A stretch of DNA of 64,000 nt from Octopus sinensis (lineage: Eukaryota), in assembly GCF_006345805.1 (NCBI RefSeq), contig NC_043009.1, positions 67,952,001 through 68,016,000 on the forward strand, given 5' to 3'. The notes below the pieces were generated by a model. That model made no database searches, was not told the DNA's origin, and saw only the letters and a program-made list of their open reading frames with translations. Below are positions 45,055 to 59,207 of this stretch, piece after piece; the first letter of the stretch is position 1; each line of letters opens with the position of its first letter. Made by a program: the position numbers and the translations under genes.

Positions 45055-45260
45055 TTTTAGGCACAAGGACTAACATTTTTGGGGAGGGGCGTAGTTGATT
45101 AGATCGACCCCAGTACGCAACTTGTACTTAATTTATCAACCCCGAAAGGATGACAGGCAAAGTCGACCTCGGCGGAATTTGAACACTGAATGTAAAGACG
45201 GACGAAATACCGCTAAGCATTTCGCCCGGCATGCTAAAGATTCTGTCAGCTCGCCGCCTT
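45055..45260 (-). mobile_element. SINE family D with alternative tail
   Basis: Homology to the family D head and body. Confidence 0.88.
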
Positions 45261-45276
45261 GATGACGCAGTTGTTC

Positions 45277-45455
45277 TTGGAGTAAAAATTTTTTGCCAAC
45301 ATAACATGGCAGTCGTGGTTTATGACGAATGTTGCTGTAATTTAGCCCCAGTTGACACCGTCTCCAGCTGGCTATGTCTCCTGGGGCTAAATTACAGCAA
45401 CATTCGTCCTAAACCAGGACTGCCGAGTTATGTTGGTAAATAATATTTACTCCAA
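45277..45455. repeat. Inverted repeat, 75-bp arms (inner 28 bp perfect), 29-nt loop
   Basis: gacgaatgttgctgtaatttagccccag (45324-45351) / ctggggctaaattacagcaacattcgtc (45381-45408). Confidence 0.95.
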
Positions 45456-46145
45456 AGTACTGTCGCTGAATATCACTCGTTGTGAGATTTACAAATAGTA
45501 ATTTTCTAAGGCAGTTGCTCTTGTTCAATCTCCGGATGTTGCGAGGAGCGATCCACCTTCACTGAGTGAAGAAGCGGTAAATTCTGTATGGAATGCTGCA
45601 CGATTTGGAAAGGTAACGCCATTAGAACATGTTACACTACATTGTTACACTACTTTGAAAATAAAGTAGATTACAGCTTAGTAAACCAAGGGAAACGTTG
45701 TTTTGGCACACGTTTGCTCTAAAGCCATCGTGATGTTGAAGTCAATCTACTATTTTTGGCGGTGAAATTTGGTCTCCGAAATTCGACATGTGTGTCGAAA
45801 AATACGATATGCCATTTTTTGTTTTTGACTGGAGAGAAGCATTATGGAGCCTTCTTGTTATCTTTGTTAATTTTTGGACCTTTCTTTTTCAAAGAATTCT
45901 TACCATTTCGGTTGCATTGCGTAGCAATCCAAGCAGCAGCACATTAATTTACTTGCTACTGTTTTTGCTTACCAGATCCATGTTCCATTAACGCCAATTC
46001 CTTTCACTTCATTTTACATTTATTCATAAAATCTATTCTGCTTTTTTCATTTGCATCATTTTTAAATCCATTTTCTTTTTAACCTTTAAAAAGTTACAAT
46101 TTCTTTTACTTTATCTTAAAATTATATATTTTACAACTGTGAGAA

Positions 46146-46200
<55 letters not shown>

Positions 46201-46248
46201 TATATACATACATACATACATACATACATACATACATACATACATACA

Positions 46249-46324
46249 TACTTTGATACTTTGATACTTTGATAGTTTCATACCATTACCCAGGCCATAC
46301 TAACTTAATAGCACCACCTGGTAA
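46249..46324 (-). mobile_element. Very short LINE 3' end with 8-bp tandem tail, inserted in (TACA)n
   Basis: rc ends (tatcaaag)x3; short tandem tails are typical of CR1-group LINEs; (TACA)n on both sides. Confidence 0.55.
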
Positions 46325-47047
46325 TACATACATACATACATACATACATACAGAGACAAAATATATTTAGGAACTTAAAGATATAAAATTTCAAATCATA
46401 TTTTTATCGAATATGTTGCATATATTTTTTCCCCACATAAAGGTTCTTGCAAAATGTCCCGTGTAACTCTTTTAAGATTCCTCATCTGTTTCCTTCCATT
46501 CCTCCTCCATCGCCTGTCACGCTCACCTTCGTCGCTCCATCACCTTAATGCAACTTGTATCAGCCTTTTATGCTTTTAATAGGCGTTTCTCTATCGGTCT
46601 TTCATTCGAACGGGTTTTATGTATCGTGCATCTCGGCTCATGCAATGAAATGTATTAATATTTGCGCAGAAGTTTGGATGTGGCCGTGGGTGTATTGTGA
46701 GTGCTTATGGGTGTGTGTGTGGATATGTGTGTCTGTGTGCGTGTGAATGCGTGTGTCAATACATATACATGAAGAAAAGTGAATGAACGATTATGAATAA
46801 TGACACGTTTTTGTTAATTTTATCAATTCCTATTTTTATGAATTTTTTGCAAATTGACATTTTGAAAAGTTTATACTTTTTCACGAAGCTTTATTACTCA
46901 TCACAAAATGTGTTTCTAGTAAGGTTCAACCACGTGGCTCCCTTTGCAGCCGCGGGATTTCGGGTTCTGATCCACTGCATGGGGCCTTGTGTAATTGTTT
47001 GAATATAGTCACGGTTCGAAAACTGTGGGGAAGCCCATACATGCATA

Positions 47048-47089
<42 letters not shown>

Positions 47090-47226
47090 TATGTGGGTGT
47101 ATGGTCTAGTAGTTAGGGTGTTGAACTCACAATTGCGAGATCGTGGTTTCAATTCCTAGACCGGATAGTGTATTCTTGCTCTATGATCCCTTCGACACTT
47201 GGCGTGTGGTACCCAGTCACCAGTTA

Positions 47227-47520
47227 AGGCACATGGCCTAGTGGTTAGAGCAGCGGATTCGCGGTCGATGGATCGCGGGTTCCAATCTCAGAACGGGCGG
47301 TGTGTGTGTGTTTATGAGCGAAACACCTAAGCTCCACGCGGCTCCGGCAGAAGGTGCAGGCGAACCTCTGATGACTCTTTCGCCACAACTTTCTCTCACT
47401 CTTTCCTCCTGCATCTTGCAGCTCACCTGCGACGGACCGGTGTCCCGTCCAGGTACGGAAACTATACGGCAAGGAAACCGGGAAACCGGCCCTTATGAGC
47501 CATGCATGGCTCGAGAAGGA
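47227..47520 (+). mobile_element. tRNA-derived SINE, head A + tail Y, nested in an older SINE (~47095-47625)
   Basis: Head matches 19485; tail matches 18905; TSD acccagtcaccagttaaggca (47211) / acccagtcacctggtaaggca (47521). Confidence 0.9.
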
Positions 47521-48462
47521 ACCCAGTCACCTGGTAAGGCAACGTTAATTTGATGGAGGGGCTGAGCTAATGTACGCTACAAAAAAATCCTCTGTGTAAA
47601 GCATTCGGCAAAATCTGAACGCTCACACACCGTCTTCGCCGGCAGACTCCATCGCATGTGTATATGTGTGTTTTTGTTTGTCTTTGTAGTTGTGTTTATC
47701 TCCCACTGCTTGACAAACCGGTGTTGGCTTATTTACGTCTCCGTAAAAGAGACCGACACAGAATAAATACAAGACTTTAAAAAAGAATAAATACTGTTCC
47801 AGTATGGCTGTAGTCCAATGACTGAAAGAAGTAAATGGTGAAAGAAAAAAAGATGTGCTTAATAGCAATAAAGTGAAAACGTATTATACACATAACAGAT
47901 TATATATCAAACACTAGAATATGGTCGCTCCCCAACTCCTGCATCCATTCCTCGCCCAGATTTATTATATTCAAGCATTTTCACGGGTTTCTATGGAAGA
48001 CGCCATATATACTGATGGTAGTTTCTTCAACATATGTCGTACGAAAATCGGAAGCGTGAAACTCGGTGTAACGATTAGACAAAATTTCAACTGGTGGTCA
48101 ACAGGACAAAATTCAACACTATTTATTGCTTCTCTTTTATGTTTTTGCATGATTTATTGTACCATAATATGATGATCATCGTCGTCGGTTTTATCTCCTA
48201 TCTGAGAATATAATTTCTTCTTTGCTGAACGCTTCCTTTTTGGTAATGGCGTTGAAAACACTGTAGACGAATTCTTGCATTAGAAGAGTGGATGGCATTG
48301 TCTGCATGGTAACGTTGGTGGAGGACAAGCTGGAGTTTGACGAGTCTTCCTTTCCTGTCGTTTGATTTTTTCCTTTTCTCATCTATTGATTTCGACGCTT
48401 TTGGTTCCGGTGGTGATGGAACACACATATATACACATATATATTTATACATACATTGCAAT

Positions 48463-48493
48463 GCTCTACGATCGTTTCGACATCTTCAGGGGT
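48463..48493 (-). ncRNA. Degenerate hammerhead-like motif (helix II collapsed)
   Basis: rc: CTGAAGA-tgtc-GAAA-cgatcg-TA; perfect 6-nt palindrome at helix III. Confidence 0.45.
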
Positions 48494-48651
48494 AACGTCT
48501 CGATTTCATGCAGGGAGTGCTTCTATCCACAGCACTAACATTTGACAACTATAAAGAAATCATCTGTTCAGGTAACCTAGTGAGAAGTTACAGAACCACC
48601 ATTTGTCGTCTACGACAGGAGTCCAACATTATATATGTATATATCTATATA

Positions 48652-48738
<87 letters not shown>

Positions 48739-49549
48739 CTTGTAGAGTGTGTAGCTTCACGTATGAATAATAGATATGAGCGTCAATAGTGAATATTTGA
48801 TTATTTACACCAGTGTAGTGGGCATGACTATTAACGGGTTTAGTTTTCTATAAAACTGCTAATATTTCTCGCTGGATGAACGAACAATATTAATAAAAGA
48901 GAACCTACTAACGCTTCAATGTGATTTGGTTGTTGCTATGGACTTAAGGTAATATTTCGTCTTCAACACAATATTATTAATAGACAGAAGAAATGGACAT
49001 AAATAGAGTTTTGACGACTGATATTTCCGTCTTGGTATTGTAACCTCAGCCGGTGTTATTAGCCACATCGGTTAGAAAGACCAGACAGACATCATGACAA
49101 ATACTGATTATAAATGCATACATACATACATACATACATACATACATACATACAAACATACACACATACATACACATCTTTTGTAGTGTAAACATTATCG
49201 GTCGTACATACAATAATGTATGTGTTTTGTTTATACGCCGAATTTGCTGCGAGATATCGCCAAAAAAGGTTCTTGGTATTTGCATATAATTCACAGACCA
49301 GCGATTCGCTTTCCCCGATGATCCGAATTCATGACAAGACATGACAATGTCGAAATATCGGTATCTACCATTCCTGGTGATTCCGAGGCAAGCTGCCTCG
49401 CCTCGCTTCTGACATTCAGGCGTTCTTGTGGAACACTCGGCGTCGTGTGAGGAAATTTCCTTAGCTCTATCTCGCAGCAAATTTGGTGTACAAGCAAAAC
49501 ACACACTATATACATATATACATATATATAAGCACAGAGAGAGAGAGGA

Positions 49550-49586
<37 letters not shown>

Positions 49587-49698
49587 TATATATATATGTA
49601 ATTTCAGCAAAATTTAGATTCAGATGAATAAGTTACTTAAGTTAAAGGCACCAGAATTTTGTATGGTATTATCCATATAAATCAAATGGAGTGATTAC

Positions 49699-49982
49699 AA
49701 TCAAAATAAGCAACAAGTATATCCGAGGTAGAGTAGTACAATTGTTTCATGCTACTTCATTTTATTAAACACTTGTGTATATATATTTACCCTCTTCGTA
49801 ATGTTGGCAAATGAAATAGGGATAAGAATGTGCATTGTCCGTTTAATTGGAAAATTCTATATGTGGCTGAAGATTGCTCGACATTTTAAAACTGATGTAA
49901 TACTTACAGTGTTTAATAAAATGAAGTAGCATGAAACAATTGTACTACTCTACCTTGGATATCCTTGTTGCTTATTTTGATT
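49699..49982. repeat. Inverted repeat, 75-bp arms with 2 mismatches, 134-bp spacer
   Basis: Arms 49699-49773 and 49908-49982. Confidence 0.95.
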
Positions 49983-50837
49983 TTATAAATATATATATAT
50001 ATGCGCACACATGTCTAAAATTGTAGAAAACGTTGAATTTAAGACAAGGTTACCGGTGAGGAACTTGCTTCGAGGTAATTATTCCAGATCTTTACATAAG
50101 CCACCAGGGTCTGATTTGATCCAGAAAGAAATTGTAGAAATATGAAACAAGAACAGCAAAATAAAAGTCCACAAGTAAATATAAAATCGTAGTGTCACTT
50201 TTTAGAATAGTCATGGGCAAACTACCACATGTAGGACACATGCGACGCGTGGAACTCACTGAACGGCTCACAGAAGGAACAATTATCTTGAATTCTTCGA
50301 GTATTGCAGTTCACCTAATGATGAGCTGTGTCTGATGTGGACAAATTTTCGAAAATTGTTGTCCATCCCTGTTTTAGAGACAGCGCCGATGTGGTCGTTT
50401 GACATGTTAGAAATAGTAGTTAAAGCTATGAGTATACGAGTCATTCGATCAGCTGATCTACCTGCTCATTGATCCATAGAATTTGTGGCTTATTGTTAGA
50501 CAGGTATTTGCGATTTAGATTATCCTTTGAGTGAATCAGAGTTGCTTAGTATATTCGAAAGTTGACCATTTGAATTGGAGTTATTTCGATACGCTTCTTC
50601 ACAGATTCCATTCACCCAGATGTGCTCAAAAGACTTGAGTCGACCGGAGCCTATCAAAGAGGACATTCGTCCAAGTGGATTCCGCAAAGCAAGGGGTCAC
50701 TTTTGAGATCTTTTGATTGTGAATCAAATTGTCCTAAATTACTCGTCTACAATGTTGAGTGTGTTTGTGCGTATGTGTGTATGCTTGTGTGTGTATGAGG
50801 ATAAGGAACATGGTTACGGATTATAAGGAAAATAATA

Positions 50838-51028
50838 ATCCTTTCTACTAGGGGCACAAAGCCCGAAATGTTTGAGTTGGGGTTTGGTCGATTACATCGG
50901 CTCCAGTACGCAACTGGTATCTATTCCGTTGTGATCCGGAAGGATGAAAGGCAAAGGCGACATCGGCGGAATTAGAACGTTAAGACAGTAAAAACTGCTA
51001 AGCATGATGCTGAAGATGATGGTGGTGG

Positions 51029-51069
<41 letters not shown>

Positions 51070-51153
51070 GTGATGGTGAAGATGGTATGGTGATGATGAT
51101 TGATGATGATGATGGTGATGATGATGGTGAAGATGGTGATGGTGATGATGATG

Positions 51154-51185
<32 letters not shown>

Positions 51186-51588
51186 GATGATGAGGAGGAA
51201 GATGATAATGATGGTGATGATGATGATGATGATGATGATGGTGATGATGAAATAATATACGATAAAGTAAAGAAATACGATGAGATAATGTCGAGTACCG
51301 GGGGTGGGGATCGATGTAATCGTCTATTTCCGACGCCCAACCCCAAATTTCAGGTCTTGTGCCTATAGTAGAAAGAATTGAAGACGGAGAGCTGGCCGAA
51401 TCGTTAGCGCACCGGACGAAATGCTCTGTGGTATTTTGGCCGTCGCTACGTCCTGGGTTCAAGTTCCGCAGAGGTCGACTTTACCTTTCAGGGTCGATAA
51501 AATAAGTACCAGCTGAACAGTGGTGTTGAGATAATCGACCCAACTCCACCTCCCCCAAAATTGCTACCCTTGCGGCAAAATTTGAAAC

Positions 51589-51590
<2 letters not shown>
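50838..51590. mobile_element. Cluster of SINE D pieces (- at ~50838-51004; + at ~51290-51375 and ~51383-51590) around a (GAT)n tract
   Basis: Family D motifs on both strands. Confidence 0.8.
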
Positions 51591-51657
<67 letters not shown>

Positions 51658-51679
51658 TCAGTTCTATATTTAAGGGATG

Positions 51680-52190
<511 letters not shown>

Positions 52191-52264
52191 TGTTATTATA
52201 TTCTTCTTCTTTTCTTCTTCTTCTTCTTCTTCTTCTTCTTCTTCTTCTTCTTCTTCTTCTTCTT

Positions 52265-52338
<74 letters not shown>

Positions 52339-52823
52339 CAAGTTTTCTAGAATGCGTTCTTGTACTCTTATCTGTTGCCCCTGCGGCAAATAAAGACCTG
52401 ATTATCGTTACTATTTGTTTTATTATCATTGCAGTTGTTGTTGTTGTTGTTGTTGTTGTTGCTGTAGTTATATCGACGTTTCTTTCCCTGTTTTTTTTTA
52501 ATTGTTATTATTATTATTATTCCCGAATACATGTTAGTGTAGTTGTTTTGGCCATGTTCTCTCACCTTCCCCTCCGTCAAACATCTCCCCTAACGATGTG
52601 TGATTTTCTTCTAACGATGTGACACTTTTACAAACAGGCTGCAGTCGCTTCATTGATTCGGTCAGTGTTTCATGTAAAACATTAAACAATCGACCATCGA
52701 TTTGATTAATCAATATTATTGAGTGATTTTTGTCATATAGTTTTTTTTTGTTGTTTTTAGTTCAACTTGAATGCCAATGGACATAAAAGAATATTATAAC
52801 ATCTCTCTCACATCTCTCTCTCT

Positions 52824-53165
52824 CTCTATCAGTTCGTTTTGCTCACTCCCTCTCTCTCTCTCTATCAGTTCGTTTTGCTCACTTCCCCTCTCTTTCTCTC
52901 TATCAGTTCGTTTTGCTCATTCCCCTCCCTCTCTCTCTCTCTTTCTCTCTATCAGTTCGTTTTGCTCACTCCATCTCTCTCTCTATCAGTTCATTTTGCT
53001 CCCTCCCTCTTTCCCTCTCTCTCTCCCTTTCATAACAATCTTTTATCTTAAAATCCACTCTCTCTCTCTCTCTCAGTTCATTTTGCTCCCTCCCTCTATC
53101 CCCCATCTCTCTCTCTCTCTCTCCCTCCCATAACAATGTTTTATCTCCAAAATCCACTCTCTCTC
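52824..53165. repeat. Minisatellite: ctatcagttcgttttgctcactccc units (~6) separated by variable (CT)n
   Basis: Copies near 52826, 52863, 52900, 52949, 52983, 53072. Confidence 0.9.
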
Positions 53166-55796
53166 TCTCACTCTCTCCCTTTCTTTCTCGTTCATATACT
53201 TCTGCCTTTCTCTAACTCTTTGCCCTATCTTTCCTTCTCTTCTCTCCTCACTCCCATTATCTTCTTCTCCTTCATCTTCTAACACATTCTATCAGTCTAA
53301 AACTATCCCTCCTCTCCCGACCAACACTTCTCACTCAGTTTGTTTCTCGGATCTCTCTTCCCTCTCTCCAAAAACACTCTTTCTCTAGATATTCTTTTAC
53401 CCCCCCCCTCTCTCTCTCTCTTTCTCTTACTATCACATCTTCCCTCTCACTTATTGAGCTTCCTTTATTCGGCATCTCCTTCACACTCATTCTCTTAATT
53501 TCTCATTCTCCCTGTCGCCCTACAATTATCTCGATATCGTTAATGCAAGAAGCCATCTTTATTTCTTCCTTTCTTTCTTCCACCCTTTTCTCCTTCTGTC
53601 TGCTGCCTGTTTGCCTCTCTCTCTCTCTCTCTCTCTCTCCCCCCTCACACCATCATTCTCCGTTACTCTCGTATCTCCACCCTCTTACACTGTATTTATC
53701 TTCCTTTTTGATTGTCCAATCAAACTAACTCCTAACCCTTTCCCTTTCGTTCCTCTTCATCTCGCTCTTTTATCTTTCTCCACTCCTCCACCTCTAATCT
53801 TCACACACACCTTTCCCCCCCTCCCACATCTCCTCCTCCTCTCTGTCCCTTACTCTCGGCCAATTCACTCACTCCGCTTCCTTCCTTATCGCTTCCCATT
53901 CTATCTCAACCAATTTTCTGTGTCTAAACCTTCATCTATAATTTTCCTTGTTTCATCAATAAGACTCTTAATCTCTGTGTTTGTTGCCTCTTTTTCCTTG
54001 CTTTTTTCTTTCTTTCTCTTTTCCTTTCTCTTTTCCTTTCTCTGTTTCTTTCGATTTCTTTACGTCTGACGCACTACAGTTAGATATGCTAGATTCGAGA
54101 GTTTTCTTTAATTCCATCGCCATCGACCACCAGCTGATTGCCACCATCACCACCACCACCACCACCACCACCACCACCACCACCACCACCACCACCACCA
54201 CCACCACTACCACCACCACCACCACCACAACCAACACCGCCACTGCCGCCACAGCCAGCATCATGGAATTTTAATGATAATATTCGATTATGAAGATAAA
54301 CCTAGACGAAATAAAGTCAACATGGAGCAACTGGTTTTAAGTCAGAACTAATACAAGTTAATTATACATTACACAACAGTGAGAAATAATCCATTATTGC
54401 GTGTGTTGTTGTTTAACCGCAGGTCATCCGTGATGGAGCAGACACGCTCCATCTAAAATTACTTTATCTGGTGTGCTTTGTGATTTTTGACACGTACAGC
54501 TGGATTTGAGGTATATTTGATGACCGTCTCATTTGTCGGTTGAACAACCACGTAAAGGCTTCCTCGTAGATTCGTGGTTTAGCTGATGGGGGCATACTTG
54601 CAGAGATAAGAGTTCACATACAGCTCGTGCCAACTTTGCTTTTCGTGAGATGAGGTCGAGGAAATAAATACCCGTCAATCATTAGAGTCCATATAAAGGA
54701 TTACATCGTTAAGGTCCGTGTACCCGTAGTCCGTAAAACGAAACACATTACAGAATGAAACGATACAGAAGTAAAATGGTCACCTAATGGAATCTGTCTT
54801 TAGTTGCTGTCACGTCACTCCTCAGTGTTGGATACTGAGTTGATCAAAATTTCGCTTGGTATTTCTAGCTGGTCCAATAACCATTAGTAGTTTCCCTGGT
54901 GGGCACATCGATTATATATCTCATGCACTGCTGTAATAAGCAGCAATTATCTTCTGAAATGCCTCGCGAGTGCTGTTTGGTAGTCGGAAACTGTGTGGAA
55001 GCAGACCACGTTCATATATACTCATTCGTTCTATTAATGTACCTTTTTGTTTCGTGATAGATGGGTTGGACGGGGCGTTATTTGAGGTAGGATTTCATTG
55101 TCGGATGCTCTTCCAGCCAATAATGTTTCACTGAGTATCAAGTCTTCCGACTAATTTTACTCGTACGGCATTGTTCTGCTCGGGGCCACACTAGGAGGCA
55201 TTTAACCAAGGTGCTATGCATATGGACTGAACCACAAAATACGTCGCTGCCAGGCAAACGTCTTAAACGTATAACCAAAGATATGCCCATTGTCTACATA
55301 CATGCACACACAATCTTACCCTCCTCTCTCTCTCACGTGCGCGCGCATGCATATATGCGCACAACTTCTGCGAAAAGGCTCTTACGCGGTGCTTTTGGGG
55401 AAACTCCTTGTGATATTTGTTCCGCTCAAGTTGCGCAGGAAGCTTCTTGTCACTCTCCTTACTTTAAATGCAGTGATTCGGTGATTGAATCGCTAGAAAC
55501 GTCCGACCAAAGACGATTCGGTCACGAGATTCTGGATGTAATACATAAAATACAAACGTAGCTGACAGAAATAAAACCGAACATCTCATTAGCCAAGTCT
55601 AATCTATCTCCGTTATTATCATTCTGGTCAACAAGCTCCTTATCGCTCTCAGATTTTTAATCGATTCCATGAGCATATGGTTCTAGTTGGGTTAGAGCCT
55701 GAAGGAGTGTCGGAAGCCTCAGAATATTCGGCACTCATGCGTACTACTCATCCGGAGAGTAAATTGGATTTTACACTAAGGCTCGATCCTTGAGCA

Positions 55797-55839
55797 CCGT
55801 CTGACGAAGAGCTCCGCACAGAACAAAGAAACCTAACTG
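55797..55839 (+). ncRNA. Degenerate hammerhead-like motif
   Basis: ccgt-CTGACGA-agagctccgcacagaacaaa-GAAA-cc-TA-actg; helices partly mismatched. Confidence 0.45.
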
Positions 55840-56682
55840 AAGCACATGACTTCGTTAATATTTAGATATTGACAAAACTAATTTTCTGGTTTAATCAATT
55901 TATTTGTGTTTGAGTTAATTGCGTCAATGGCGGCTTGTTTAGGTTTTTTTATTAGATTTCATCTTCGACGTTTCTTTTCGTTTTTGTTTTTCGATTGGAG
56001 ATATATTGACCGGGGAAAAGTACTAATGATGTTCGTTTGCCTTCATATTCTCACCACACACACACATGCGCGCAAGCGCAAAGATTGATATCTTTCTACC
56101 CTGCTTTGATTTCAAACCAACATGGCGTCAGTTCTATGAGCAAAGTTTCTCTCTAGTTTCATCAAGCCGCTCGCGTGCTTAACAAAGCTAATTGCACTAA
56201 ACATTTTTAAAGATTTTTATCTTATTTTAAAATCAATTTCAGCTTCTGTTGCTGGTAATGTAACGTGTAGATAGTCATCCATATCGGGTTCACTACCCCG
56301 CCTCGGACCCCCGATAGATATTCCCAGCTACTCACCCCCAAAACATTGTCCCTATTGAATTTTCGCATTTAACCAGTTTCTCCTGCAGTCGTTGATTTAC
56401 AAGTGTTAGTATCATTAACCGCATTAATCTTCTCGGTTAGGGTGGACGCCTCCAAAGGTCAATCCTTTTGACCCAACCAAACCAAACCATTTCAAGACTT
56501 ATCAAGGAACTGGACAAAATATTTTACAACATATACAGGCGCAGGGGTGGCTGTATCGTTAGAGGCTTGCTCCCCAGCTACATTATTCCGGGTTCAGTCC
56601 CACTATGTGGCATTTTGGGCAGTGCACCGTTGGCGATTTTTTTCCCCCCGTCTTCCCTTCCTTGGATCTTTCCTTTTCCTAT

Positions 56683-56717
56683 ATTTCTGACGAAGAGCTC
56701 CGTTCGAAACCTTAAAT
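56683..56717 (+). ncRNA. Minimal type-I hammerhead motif in a Penelope-like terminal fragment (~56625-56820) ending in (TA)n
   Basis: attt-CTGACGA-a-gagc[tcc]gttc-GAAA-cc-TT-aaat; canonical boxes, helix I attt/aaat; position 16.2 is C rather than G. Confidence 0.65.
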
Positions 56718-56823
56718 CCTCCTTCTTTCTTTCCTTTCCTAAGCGTTCAATAACACTATACTTGTTCCACGTCCTCGCGTTGTTGTGTTTTCTCTTTGTG
56801 TTTTCATGTTTAGATTAACTATA

Positions 56824-56888
<65 letters not shown>

Positions 56889-56911
56889 GTACACACACAC
56901 ACGCACGCACG

Positions 56912-56950
<39 letters not shown>

Positions 56951-57228
56951 ACACACACACTTGTATATCTTAAAGTCACATTTGGTTTTCGAATCGCTTA
57001 AAGAAAACATCAATGAGATACTGGTGACTTTTGAAACGATACAAGAACATGTTTTCCCAAACTCCTGACTTTGTTCCTTTGCTAGAAACCCCAACGAGTG
57101 CAGAACACTCAACTGCCGGTTGTTTATATTTTACAGTATTTACTGTCTTGTGTTTACGTTGTGACTTTAAGTCTAAAATAGACTTGGACTCCATACTTCT
57201 AGTTCAATGGAATAAACACAGGTTTATA

Positions 57229-57288
<60 letters not shown>

Positions 57289-57292
<4 letters not shown>

Positions 57293-57476
57293 TAGTTTTA
57301 TTTTTATAGCGTGCTTTCACTTCACTACCGAGCGCAGTTCTGTGTGCCTTGGGTATGTGCTGTGATTTGTTGTGATGCTCTGATGGTTATTGTATGGAAA
57401 GTGTTCTGTGTAGGATGTGTGCAGTGCCTAGTAGTGCAATTTTCTGTATGTTATATGTGTTTGTAAGTCCTGGTGT
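57289..57476 (-). mobile_element. Dong/R4-type LINE 3' end embedded in (TAA)n
   Basis: rc: TPGLTNTYNIQKIALLGTAHILHRTLSIQ* plus short 3' UTR; (TTA)n on both flanks. Confidence 0.85.
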
Positions 57477-57487
57477 TATTATTATTA

Positions 57488-57535
<48 letters not shown>

Positions 57536-57554
57536 TATTATTATTATTATTATC

Positions 57555-57980
57555 ATTTCTACTATAGGCACAAGGCCTGCAATTTGGGGGTAGGGATTAA
57601 GTCGATTATATCGACCCAAGTACTCGACTAGTACTTCTTTTAACGACCACAAAAGGATGAAAGGCAAGATCGACCTCGGTGGAATTTGAACTCAGAACAG
57701 ACGAAGTCCGCAAAGCATTTCGCCCGGCGTGTTAACGATTCTATCAGCTCGCTACCTTAATGATAATCCTTTCTACTACAGGCACAAGGCCTGAAATTTG
57801 GGTGAGGGGGATAGTCTATTATATTGACCCCAGTACTTAGTGATACTTACCTTATCGACCCCGAAAGGATAAACGGCAAAGTCAACCTCGGCGTAATTTG
57901 AACCCAGAACGTAGCGGCGGGCGAAATACCGCTAAGTATTACGTCCGACGTGCTAATAATTCTGCCAGCTCGCTGCCTTA
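57555..57980 (-). mobile_element. Two tandem SINE family D copies
   Basis: Units ~57555-57760 and ~57765-57980. Confidence 0.88.
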
Positions 57981-59013
57981 ATAATAATAATAGTAATAAT
58001 AATAATAATAATAACAACAATAACAGACAGATAATTGAAAAGAACAGAGAACATGGTATCGTAGGCAGCAGACAGCAAGCCGGCTACGCATGCAAGACTC
58101 CAGGAGTTAAACCAAAACCTGATATAAAAAAAAACACAAATAATAATAATTATTATTATTTCGTTATCATAAATCGATAAGAATTCAACAAATATTCACA
58201 TCATTTATTGGCTTATTCGTTATAATAGGATGGTTAACTCCTTCTCATTAATTTACAATTTAAGATAACAAAGAAAGAAAGAAATGAATTAACCTCAATA
58301 ACAAGAGGTACAAAACTTAAAACATGTGGACCAATACCGAAAGATAACGTTAATATTAATTTTAATAAATTTAAAAAACAAACAGAAAAAGATAGAATGT
58401 GTAAGAACGAATATTGTTCACACACGACAAACCATGATCCTGGGAACCATTCTTCTTGATTTGGAATTACAGAGAAAGGAAGCGAAGCGTGAAAGATTAA
58501 TTGGATGTTTCCTTCACCCCATTGTCTAAATCCAACAAGATGTAATTGAAGCTTCAAGTCTGATGATTAATTAAAAAGCTTCAAAAAGATGTTAAGTTAA
58601 TATGAACCAAAACTGTCGAATTCGCTTTTGAACATTTCCTTATCAAGAATCAAAAGAGAAGTCACCATCCGATGTTGCTTACAACAATTTGTAAAGCAAT
58701 TATTTTAATACAATAACAACGACGGCAACAACAAAAACGTTGACCCCGGCTACGCTGAGGATTTATACCGGTAAAACCGCTTGGTTTTGCGTTCAGTAAT
58801 TCGTAAGGTTTTTGTATTTAAAATGCTTCTTGCTGGAATAAAATTATGAGGCAAGTCGAAATAGTGGGCTCTTCATCATTGCATAGCTGAACATAACTCT
58901 TGGTAAATTCCTTGAGAATTTGTGTCCTGCAACATGGTTGTTTTTTTTCATAGTGCTTCAAAACAGCATGCGACAATTTCTGACCTCCATTGACAGAGAG
59001 ATGTTAGTACCTG

Positions 59014-59086
59014 CTATCCCTGAAGAGCACCTGTATTAGATAGCCGCCCTATTGTCTAAGAAATGGTGCGAAACCAATGTATAGAA
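59014..59086 (+). ncRNA. Hammerhead motif with intact core and canonical helix II; helix I degenerate
   Basis: CTGAAGA(59020)-gcacc...ggtgc-GAAA-c[caat]g-TA. Confidence 0.6.
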
Positions 59087-59207
59087 TCGGCTGCTTTAAC
59101 CTATAATACTGTATTAATATATATATATATATATATATGCATTTTTTGCGTAATGAGATAAAAAAAAACCAAGGGTATATAGATATTAGAGCATTTATAG
59201 ATAGAAG

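Noticed and set aside
47920-48030. Possible mariner C-terminal remnant (SP....FKHFHGFL)
   Set aside because: Too short and degenerate to support
48191-48420. Non-repetitive minus-strand ORFs (also 33-221, and the 1966-2110 and 10780-10990 segments)
   Set aside because: No recognisable motifs or paired splice sites; a faint shared cactct...gaattcgtct similarity between ~167-193 and the 48260-48290 minus strand is too weak to call a family
49918-49950. GAAA-caattg-TA as a hammerhead half
   Set aside because: No CUGAnGA box in the right position and no helices I or II
52824-53165. CRISPR-like repeat-spacer appearance
   Set aside because: Spacers are (CT)n of variable length, repeats decay, no cas genes, eukaryotic context
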